From Clostridiales bacterium (GTDB lineage: Bacteria > Bacillota > Dehalobacteriia > UBA7702): 64,000 nucleotides of DNA. The notes under the pieces are model-generated. The model saw nothing but the letters and a program-made list of their open reading frames with translations. It was not told the DNA's origin and did not search any database. Positions 56,769-64,000 of the stretch are shown here, piece by piece (within the stretch, counting starts at the first letter, position 1; each line of letters begins with the position of its first letter). The translations under genes and the position numbers were made by a program. The DNA is taken from positions 3,166 to 67,165 of the forward strand of contig JAXGQI010000007.1 of the NCBI GenBank assembly GCA_040766525.1, written 5' to 3'.

Positions 56769-58136
56769 ATGACGGTCAATATCAATCACCGGGAGATTAT
56801 GGAGACCATTCGTATGGTGCAGACGGACAATCTTGATGTGCGCACCATCACCATGGGGATCAGTCTTCGGGATTGCGCCGATAGCGATATGGAAAAAGCG
56901 GCCAAAAAGGTCTACGACAAAATCTGCCGCAGAGCGGAACATTTAGTTGCCACCGGGGATGCTATCAGCAGGGATTTTGGTATCCCTATTGTGAACAAAA
57001 GGATTTCTGTCACACCGATCGCGATTATCGCCGAATCTTCGGCGGGGAGCGATTACTTCCCCTTTGCTGCGGCGATGGATCGGGCGGCCAGAGAAGTGGG
57101 CGTCAATTTCATCGGCGGATTTTCCGCGTTGGTCCATAAAGGCGCTACTTTAGGGGATGATAAGCTGATCCGTTCGATTCCCCGGGCCCTGGCGGAAACG
57201 GAGCGGGTTTGCGCTTCCGTTAATGTCGGGACGACAAAGGCGGGTCTTAATATGGACGCCATCATGCTAATGGGCGAGATCATTAAAGAAACAGCGGAGA
57301 AAACGAAGGAGAGCGGCGGTTTGGGCTGTGCGAAGATCGTGGTCTTTTGCAATGTGCCGGAAGATAATCCCTTTATGGCCGGTGCTTTCCATGGTGTGGG
57401 TGAGCCGGAGGTTGTCCTCAATGTGGGGGTCAGCGGTCCCTGTGTTGTTTTGAGCGCAATCAAAGATCAGCCTAATCTCAGTATGGGAGAATTGGCTGCT
57501 GTGATCAAGAAGACGGCTTTTAAAGTCACCCGGATGGGAGAATTGGTGGGCAGAGAGGCATCGAAACGCCTTGACGTTCCCTTTGGGATCGTGGATCTTT
57601 CCTTAGCGCCGACGCCGGCGCGGGGGGATAGCGTAGCGGAAATTTTGGAAGCGATGGGGTTGGAAAAATGCGGAGGTCCCGGTACCACCGCGGCGCTTGC
57701 GATGTTGAATGATGCTGTAAAGAAGGGCGGCGCTATGGCGTCTTCCCATGTGGGCGGTTTGAGCGGCGCTTTTATTCCCGTAAGTGAAGATGCCGCGATG
57801 ATCGATGCAGTGGAAGCCGGCGCTCTTTCGATGGAAAAATTGGAGGCGATGACTTCTGTTTGTTCCGTTGGCCTTGATATGATCACCGTACCCGGGGATA
57901 CCAGCGCGGAGACAATTGCGGCTATCATTGCGGATGAAGCCGCCATCGGCATGATCAATCAAAAGACAACGGCGGTTCGTCTTATTCCCGCCCCTGGCAA
58001 AACCGTGGGGGATACTGTGGAATTCGGCGGACTTTTGGGCCGTGGTCCGGTCATGGCGGTGAGCCAATGGGCCCCCGATGTTTTTGTTCATCGCGGCGGC
58101 CGCATGCCGGCGCCCATCAAGAGTTTGAATAATTAA
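56769..58136 (+). CDS. UPF0210 (DUF711, PFL-like) family protein
   Basis: [33 protein letters not shown].. is the typical N-terminus of this family. 455 aa. Confidence 0.85.
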   Translation: MTVNINHREIMETIRMVQTDNLDVRTITMGISLRDCADSDMEKAAKKVYDKICRRAEHLVATGDAISRDFGIPIVNKRISVTPIAIIAESSAGSDYFPFAAAMDRAAREVGVNFIGGFSALVHKGATLGDDKLIRSIPRALAETERVCASVNVGTTKAGLNMDAIMLMGEIIKETAEKTKESGGLGCAKIVVFCNVPEDNPFMAGAFHGVGEPEVVLNVGVSGPCVVLSAIKDQPNLSMGELAAVIKKTAFKVTRMGELVGREASKRLDVPFGIVDLSLAPTPARGDSVAEILEAMGLEKCGGPGTTAALAMLNDAVKKGGAMASSHVGGLSGAFIPVSEDAAMIDAVEAGALSMEKLEAMTSVCSVGLDMITVPGDTSAETIAAIIADEAAIGMINQKTTAVRLIPAPGKTVGDTVEFGGLLGRGPVMAVSQWAPDVFVHRGGRMPAPIKSLNN

Positions 58137-58211
58137 AAGTTTATTTGGCCCTGTGGAAAGATTGAGTGCTAAGGCTGCTTTTTAAGCAAAAATATTTAAA
58201 ATAAAAAAGAA

Positions 58212-58240
58212 TTGCCAAATCTTGCAAGATACGATATAAT
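58212..58240 (+). promoter_or_regulatory. near-consensus sigma-A promoter with no obvious gene behind it
   Basis: TTGCCA (58212-58217), exactly 17 nt, TATAAT (58235-58240). The next convincing start codon is at 58900. Confidence 0.45.
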
Positions 58241-58860
58241 GATGACGGGAAAAGAAAATTGTACGGTATCCGGCTGGTGTAGAGGCACCAACCGGATCGC
58301 GAGGTGCTGGACCACCTACACTGTGGCTATTGCCACGCCGTACCCACACATTATATCTTATTTTGTGGGTTTCCACAAGTGGATGTATTTGGTGGGGCCG
58401 GTTTTGATGTGCAAAAATCGTGAGATTTCGTGCTGTGTATGGGTGGTTGTCTACGCCGATGTACAGCGCTTTTTCTTTTCCCTCCCAGGCTTTTTTTCGG
58501 TTGTTCGTCGTTGGCTTGGGCGGATGGCGGGCGGGCTTTGTGTCGTAGATCCGGCTTATTTTTTCTCAGCGGCATAGGCCCTTGCCTACCTTCCAAAATT
58601 TAGCATAATGATGAAGGGAAACCGGCAAGTTTTTTTGGGATTTGGCTTGCTTTCCGATGTTATATTATGTTAATATTGTAATAATATGAGTTGTTAGGAG
58701 GAAAGAGGCTTGCGCAAATAATGATTCGTGGAAGATGGGTACGGTATGAAGGCGCTGCGAGGCGTCTGTTTGTTCATGCCGGGCCAAAGGTAGCGGATCA
58801 TTGATCGCAGGTATTGTTTTTACGGTATGATAGTATTGCCGTATTTGGCTCCGTTTCGAT

Positions 58861-58889
58861 CTCTGCCTTTGGCAGAGTTTTTTTATTTT
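58861..58889 (+). terminator. leader terminator (attenuator) immediately upstream of the ABC-F RBS
   Basis: CTCTGCC-TTT-GGCAGAG followed by TTTTTTTATTTT. GGAGGA starts at 58890 and the ATG is at 58900. Confidence 0.65.
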
Positions 58890-58899
58890 GGAGGAAAAT

Positions 58900-60415
58900 A
58901 TGGCACAAATCAAAATGGAACATATCGAAAAAGCCTTTGGCGAGCGGATCATTCTACAGGATACCTCTTTGCATCTTACAGCCGGCAGCCGTATCGGCGT
59001 CGTGGGCGCGAACGGTTCGGGGAAGACGACACTACTTATGATGATCGCTGGGCTGGTAACGCCGGACCGGGGGCAGATTAAGATCAGCGGCGGCGGATCC
59101 CTCGCTTTATTGGAACAAAACTGCAAGAGAGTGGAGAATACGAGCGCAGCATTTTTTTCGTTTCTGAAGCGTCTTAAAGGAGAGTATAGAGAGGACTGGG
59201 ATCACCTTTCCTTCGGGGAAAGGCAAAAGCTGGCCTTGGCTGATAGTTTAGCGGCTGCCCCCACATTCTTCTCTTGGATGAGCCCACAAATCATTTGGAC
59301 TATGTCGGCGCTGAAAGCTTGATCGGTTTATTAGAAGACTATCAAGGTATCCTGCTTTGCGTATCTCATGACCGGCATTTTCTTGACCGGACGGTAACCG
59401 AGATCTGGAGCTCCAGGCAGGGCAAATCACTCCATATCAAGGTAACTGCAGTGATTATAAGAGCCTAAAAGAAAAGCGTTTCCAAGACCGTTTGACTCAA
59501 TATGAGAATGAAAAGAAAGAACAAGAGCGGATCAAGGAAGCGATTCGGCAGAAGAAGGGCTGGGCGGAAAAGCCCATCGGGAGTCAACCAGGCCGATAAA
59601 AGCGGCAATAAAAGGGGGTAAAGGAAAACCGGCGGGTGAAAGCGAAGAAGTTTGACAATCAAGTGAAAAGCAGTATCAAGAAGTTGGAAAAACGGATCAA
59701 ATCAGACGGGGAACGCCCGTTAGAGGAAAAAAGCGTTGCCTTTTCCCTGGAAGGGATGGCAAGGCAGGGGCGTTGCCTGATCCGGGCGGAAGGGCTCGCC
59801 AAAGCTTTCGGGGAAAACCGGCTTTTTGGGGAAAGCGATTTTTATATTTTGCAAGGTGAAAAAGTGGCGATTTTCGGGCCCAACGGTTCAGGGAAGACGA
59901 CGCTTATCCGCATGCTTTTAGGGGAGATTCCGGCGGATACGGGGGCGCTTTGGCAAAGCCCGGCGGCCAAACCCTTTCTCCTCTCCCAGGAAAACTGTGA
60001 CCTCCCTTGGGAGAAAACGGTGGCAGAAGTGCTTACGCAAAAGCGGGGCGTCCTTTCTTGGCAAGACCGTACTGATTTGCAAAATCTTGGGATCACAAAA
60101 GAGCATCTTCAACAGAGGCTCGCAACTTTAAGTATGGGAGAATGTTTGCGCATTCGTTTGATCGAGGCGATTTGGGATCGGCGGGATTTGCTTCTTCTCG
60201 ATGAGCCGACCAATCACTTGGACCTTCCCGCCCGGGAGCATATGGAAAAAACTTTGGCGGCCTATGCGGGGACTTTGTTGATCGCATCACACGATATCGT
60301 CCTTTTAGCGAAAATTTGCGATAAGGTTTTATGGTTTGACGGCGGTTGCTTACGGCGATTGGAAGTTCCTTTTGCGGATTTTTGGCAGTCCGGAAAAGCG
60401 GGCAACGGCATATAA
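58900..60415 (+). pseudogene. ABC-F family ATPase (ARE/ribosome-protection-type architecture), at least 4 frameshifts
   Basis: Two ABC cassettes (GANGSGKTTLL, LSFGERQK, ILLLDEPTNHLD; GPNGSGKTTLI, LSMGECLR, LLLDEPTNHLD) joined by a Lys/Glu-rich linker, with no TM domain. The pieces lie in ORFs 58888, 59274 and 59636 plus unlisted frames between 59400 and 59640. Confidence 0.85.
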
Positions 60416-60478
60416 AAATTTTTTATGGGCCCGTCAACTTTTTCTTCTTTTTTGTCGTCTACCGGTAAGGAGGGAAAT

Positions 60479-61216
60479 ATGGAGATCAATAAGAATAAAC
60501 TCTATCGCAGAAGACGAAGACGGCTTGGATTTTTTCTACTCCTTTGTGTATTGGCGGCGATCGCTCTATATTATGTTTACGGTCGTGGGATCGTAATCGT
60601 GATCGATCCCGGTCACGGCGGTGACGATGTGGGGGCCCAAGGGATTGTTTCAGAGGTGGATGTGAACGAGACGACGGCCCGCTATCTCGAGGAATACCTG
60701 CGGAAAGATCCTAATTATGCCGTCGTGCTCACCCGGGATTATGGGGAAGGCGCGTCCCTTTCCGCCCGCAACCGCAAGGCATCTTGGGGTCTCGGCGATT
60801 TGTTTCTTTCCATCCATGCCAATTCCAGCGACGATGGGGACGGATCCGGATTTGAATGCTATTGCTCTACGCCGGGGCGGGAGAATTACGGGATGAGTTT
60901 AGCTTTTGCGCATTTTGTTGTGGATGAGATTGCGAAGACCGGCGTCTCGATTCGTGGAGAAGACGGTGTGCGCTATCTTTATTATGATCCCAGCGGAGAA
61001 AGAATCATCAAAGAATCTTCCGATGAAACCGTCTATGAATATGCTACCCTTACGGTGCTGGCGGGGAAGGAGATCCCCGCGGTTTTGGTGGAACAATGTT
61101 TTGTCGGCAATGAAGCGGACATTGATCTTCTGGGCGATGAGGACGGCTGCCAATTGGCGGCGAAAGCATATTACCGGGCAATTTGCGCCTATTTTGGCAC
61201 AGAGCCCATTTTATAA
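60479..61216 (+). CDS. N-acetylmuramoyl-L-alanine amidase (Amidase_3) with N-terminal membrane anchor
   Basis: The start is trimmed to MEINKNK.. (RBS AAGGAGGG). IVIDPGHGGDDVGAQG, SIHANS and ..LVEQCFV.N..D motifs. Confidence 0.9.
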   Translation: MEINKNKLYRRRRRRLGFFLLLCVLAAIALYYVYGRGIVIVIDPGHGGDDVGAQGIVSEVDVNETTARYLEEYLRKDPNYAVVLTRDYGEGASLSARNRKASWGLGDLFLSIHANSSDDGDGSGFECYCSTPGRENYGMSLAFAHFVVDEIAKTGVSIRGEDGVRYLYYDPSGERIIKESSDETVYEYATLTVLAGKEIPAVLVEQCFVGNEADIDLLGDEDGCQLAAKAYYRAICAYFGTEPIL

Positions 61217-61234
61217 ATTAAATAAAATCATGGC

Positions 61235-61447
61235 AGATCCTCCAAATTTTGGAGGATCTGCTTTGAGACAGCAGACAAAAGCCGATAGCGTTGTCAAACC
61301 AAAGCCTCTGACCGCTTATGTATCTCTATATACACTGCGCGTCCAGGGACTTTGCTTTTCCTGGCTCTAGACCCTTGTCTTCAGCCTCCCATCTTGCCGA
61401 CTTTGTCGACAATCTGAGATCCTCCAAAATTCTGGGGGATCTGCTTT
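61235..61447 (+). repeat. palindromic repeat family, copy E (152-bp core 61265-61416) bracketed by a duplicated 30-bp terminator hairpin
   Basis: AGATCCTCCAAATTTTGGAGGATCTGCTTT (61235-61264) is repeated as AGATCCTCCAAAATTCTGGGGGATCTGCTTT (61417-61447). Only the right copy keeps the long T-tract. Confidence 0.9.
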
Positions 61448-61520
61448 TTTTGCGCCACTATTTGCCAAAATATTTTGATTCCTTTTGGCTATTCTAAGAT
61501 TTGTATTTGGGAAATGAGGG

Positions 61521-62252
61521 ATGATGACCGTGGCTGCCGTATTTGGGGAAATATTGAATATTTTTATTCGTTCTGTCGGCTCGCTTTTGGCTTTGCTCTT
61601 GATCGCTAAGCTCACGGGGCCGCGCCAGATTGCGCAGCTGACTTTTTATGATTATATTATCGGTATTTCCATTGGTTCTATTGCAGCGACCATGGCTTTG
61701 GATATTGGGATTCCCTTTTATCACGGGCTTTTTGCGATGTTGGTCTATTTTGCGTTGGCGTATATCATGTCGGTTGCGGCCAGCAAAAGCATTATCGCCC
61801 GGCGGGTATTTACCGGGGTCCCCAGTATTTTGATTTATCAGGGACGCATCATTGAAGAAAACTTGCACAAACAGAAATTTGATCTTAACGATCTGATGTG
61901 CGCTTGCCGCAGCCATGGCTTTTTTAATCTTGATGATTTAGAATATGTGATTATGGAGACGAACGGCGCTTTAAGCTTTTTGCCGAAAAACGGTAAAGCG
62001 ATGCTGACCCCGGCGGATATGGGGATTGTGCCCAAGCCCCAAGGGTTGATGGCCAATGTGATTATGGACGGCGTGGTCATGTCCCATCATTTAAAATCAA
62101 AAGGGAAAAATGAAAATTGGTTAAAAGGCCAGCTTCGTACGATGGGGTACGGTGATACCAGCGAGATTTTTTTAGCGACCCTGGATGACGACGGCAAGAT
62201 CTTTGTGTATTTGAAAAACCAGAAACTGTCTGATGGGGATCTTTTTGAATAA
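61521..62252 (+). CDS. DUF421 (YetF-like) membrane protein
   Basis: ..KLTGPRQIAQLTFYDYIIGISIGSIAA.., then a C-terminal soluble domain (..LEYVIMETNGALSFLPK..). 243 aa. Confidence 0.8.
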   Translation: MMTVAAVFGEILNIFIRSVGSLLALLLIAKLTGPRQIAQLTFYDYIIGISIGSIAATMALDIGIPFYHGLFAMLVYFALAYIMSVAASKSIIARRVFTGVPSILIYQGRIIEENLHKQKFDLNDLMCACRSHGFFNLDDLEYVIMETNGALSFLPKNGKAMLTPADMGIVPKPQGLMANVIMDGVVMSHHLKSKGKNENWLKGQLRTMGYGDTSEIFLATLDDDGKIFVYLKNQKLSDGDLFE

Positions 62253-62500
62253 GAACGAAAGCCGGAGGGAAGGAGATTTCTTTCCGACTTGATATAGATA
62301 GAGCCGCTTGGAATTTTCCAAACGGCTCCTTAGACAGCAGACAAAAGCCGATAGCGTTGTCAACCCAAAGCCCCTGACCGCTTTCGTATGTTTGTACTGC
62401 CCCAGGAAAAACGGACATTGAAAAGAATCCCCCAAATGGTCATGGTATAATAAACTGGACAGAAAGAAAAGCGCGGAAAGGCGGAAAGGGAGTTCAGTTT

Positions 62501-62794
62501 ATGAAACGAGCAGTATATGACAAGCAATTTAAAATGGCCGCGGTAAAACTGGCACAAGGAACAAATCAGTCGGTTACGCAAACAGCCATTGATCTGGGAA
62601 TCAGCGGCAGCAGTCTGCGTAGATGGATCAACGAATATGATGAATATGGAGAAAGTGCGTTTCCAGGGCATGGGAACGCACTTTTTAACTCTACGTATGA
62701 AATCAAGAAACTACAAAAGCAAATTGATGATTTAAAAATGGAGAACGAAATACTAAAAAAACTCCAGGCCTTCTTGAAAGTAAAGAATGTGTGA
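62501..62794 (+). CDS. IS3-family transposase OrfA
   Basis: HTH (..SVTQTAIDLGISGSSLRRWINEY..) plus a leucine zipper. The A7 slippery run at 62755-61 near its 3' end fits a programmed -1 frameshift into orfB. Confidence 0.9.
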   Translation: MKRAVYDKQFKMAAVKLAQGTNQSVTQTAIDLGISGSSLRRWINEYDEYGESAFPGHGNALFNSTYEIKKLQKQIDDLKMENEILKKLQAFLKVKNV

Positions 62795-63648
62795 GGTTCC
62801 AGTTTCTAAAAGAAAATCAAAAGAAATACAATATTCAGAAGGCCTGTAAAATTTTGAAGATCTCACGCAGCGGTTATTATGATTATCTGAAACGTCGAAA
62901 AAGTAAACGTGCGATTGAAAATGAAGTGCTATCGGAAATGATCGAAGACATTTTCCATGAAAACAAAGGGCGTTATGGTGCAAGGCGTATACAAAAGGTA
63001 TTGGAACAAAAGAATATCAAGGTCAATCCTAAAAGAGTTTCCCGCTTAATGAGTGAACATGGTTTAATTGCAAAAGGGACGCGAAAATTCTATCGGTATC
63101 AGGCAAACAAAAACGCTTATGATGAAAAAGAAAATATCCTTAATCAAGTATTCAAAGCAAATGAAAGAAATCAGATATGGGTCGGCGACATCACATACAT
63201 CCCAACAAAACACGGTTGGCTTTATTTGGCTGTTTTCATTGATATTTTTTCTCGTAAGGTAACGGGATGGGCTATGGATACTAGAGTTCGTGATATATTG
63301 GTTTTATCAGCACTTAATCAGGCCGTTGGCAGAGAACATCCCACAGAGGGATTGATCATTCATACAGACCGGGGATCCCAATATACATCTCAGCGCTTTC
63401 AGTCTATGTGTATTCGTTACGGATTCCGACAAAGTATGAGTCGTAAAGGAAATCCTTATGACAACGCAATTATGGAATCGTTCTATCGTACTTTAAAAAG
63501 AGAGCTTGTTCAGGATGCAAAATATGACAACCCTGAACAAGCTCGCATGGATATCTTTAAATATATTGAGACTTATTACAATACCAAACGTATTCATTCG
63601 GCCCTCAATTGGCTTTCTCCAACTCAATTTGAGGCCCAGTATGTTTAA
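62791..63648 (+). CDS. IS3-family transposase OrfB (DDE)
   Basis: WVGDITYIPT (D), IIHTDRGSQYTS (D), GNPYDNAIMESFY (E). Confidence 0.9.
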   Translation: MRFQFLKENQKKYNIQKACKILKISRSGYYDYLKRRKSKRAIENEVLSEMIEDIFHENKGRYGARRIQKVLEQKNIKVNPKRVSRLMSEHGLIAKGTRKFYRYQANKNAYDEKENILNQVFKANERNQIWVGDITYIPTKHGWLYLAVFIDIFSRKVTGWAMDTRVRDILVLSALNQAVGREHPTEGLIIHTDRGSQYTSQRFQSMCIRYGFRQSMSRKGNPYDNAIMESFYRTLKRELVQDAKYDNPEQARMDIFKYIETYYNTKRIHSALNWLSPTQFEAQYV

Positions 63649-63896
63649 TTAACCTTAATTCTCTGTCCATTTTTTCTTGACCTTTCCAGTTAGGGTCTTC
63701 TTTTCCCTGTCCTTTTATTTCGGGGCAGTACAGTTTAGATACGCCGCGCGTCCAGGGGCTTTGCTTTTCCTAGCTCTTGGCCTTTGTCTTATGTCTCTCA
63801 TCTTGTCGGCTTTGCCGACAAGATGAGGCCGACGTAGATTTGCGCCGGCCTTCATATTGTTTATGATTGATTTGTTTAAGCTGTTTTCATAATAAA

Positions 63897-64000
63897 TTAA
63901 AACTCGGTATTGGCGAGGCTGCCCAAAATTCCGTAAGAAATGGCAGTTGTACCTTCATCTGTGATTTTCCAGGTGTCGTCAAGTTTCTTCAAGGGGATGG
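63897..64000 (-). CDS. 3' end (33 codons) of an unidentified minus-strand gene running out of the window
   Basis: Open frame ..IPLKKLDDTWKITDEGTTAISYGILGSLANTEF* with a TAA stop at 63897-63899. It is too short to classify. Confidence 0.3.
   Translation of the reverse strand, partial: IPLKKLDDTWKITDEGTTAISYGILGSLANTEF

Larger units (their letters stand above)
62393..63732 (+). mobile_element. IS3-family insertion sequence no. 2 (~1.34 kb) with a 3-bp GTT target duplication
   Basis: TGTACTGCCCC... / ...GGGGCAGTACA termini. GTT occurs at 62390-62392 and 63733-63735. Removing the IS and one GTT restores the CGTATGTTTAGATACGC centre seen in intact copy D. Confidence 0.9.
62331..63830 (+). repeat. 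palindromic repeat family, copy F, split by the second IS3-family element
   Basis: Left arm 62331-62392 (TAGACAGCAGACAAAAGCCGATAGCGTTGTCAACCCAAAGCCCCTGACCGCTTTCGTATGTT). Right arm 63733-63830 (GTTTAGATACGCCGCGCGTCCAGGGGCTTTG..CTCATCTTGTCGGCTTTGCCGACAAGATGAG). Confidence 0.85.

Noticed and set aside
58212-58577. 121-aa plus-strand ORF behind the strong promoter
   Set aside because: The start codon would overlap the -35 box, the translation is Cys/Trp/Val-rich with no family resemblance, and it is overlapped by two equally implausible minus-strand ORFs. It is treated as non-coding or unknown (see the finding at 58212-58660).
1-64000. Search for rRNA, tRNA, tmRNA, RNase P and CRISPR arrays
   Set aside because: No regularly spaced direct repeats with unique spacers, no cloverleaf-like GTTCGAATC/T-arm motifs and no rRNA-like conserved blocks were noticed in the intergenic regions. 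Eye-scanning can miss tRNAs, so tRNAscan-SE and Infernal should confirm this.

Overview
64-kb chromosomal window from a Gram-positive anaerobe. The Clostridia-type content includes a T-box leader on ileS, a yybP-ykoY Mn2+ riboswitch, indolepyruvate:ferredoxin oxidoreductase, and a non-pyrrolysine MttB-family methyltransferase under a sigma-54 activator. The genus cannot be decided from sequence alone. G+C is about one half by eye. Most genes are on the + strand and are ordinary: transporters (BCCT, two SSS symporters, MMPL, EamA, P-type ATPase), amino-acid and aryl-acid catabolism, gdhA, ppa, ileS, LemA/DUF2207, ACT/UPF0210 and a cell-wall amidase. Three things are not ordinary. (1) A visibly AT-richer ~5-kb island (about 37.3-42.4 kb) holds essentially one ~1500-codon gene. 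It encodes an N-terminal calcineurin-type metallophosphoesterase fused to a NACHT/STAND-like P-loop NTPase and a long unknown C-terminal region, which is the layout of an NLR/Avs-like antiphage sensor. The gene is broken at about eight places and is flanked by repeat and IS debris. (2) A ~150-bp imperfect-palindrome repeat family occurs nine times (full, split or partial), always in the same orientation. Three copies are bracketed by direct duplications (22-39 bp) of a whole locus-specific terminator-like hairpin. A variant copy shows compensatory stem changes. Two different IS3-family elements with identical 44-bp termini sit at the same apical-loop position of the repeat. (3) About 15 accessory genes carry frameshifts or in-frame stops, while all long core genes (ileS, gdhA, MMPL, DUF2207 and others) are intact. 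This means either real gene decay or region-dependent assembly error. I cannot tell which without reads. No rRNA, tRNA or CRISPR array was seen. All family calls come from reading the translated ORFs by eye; no searches were run.
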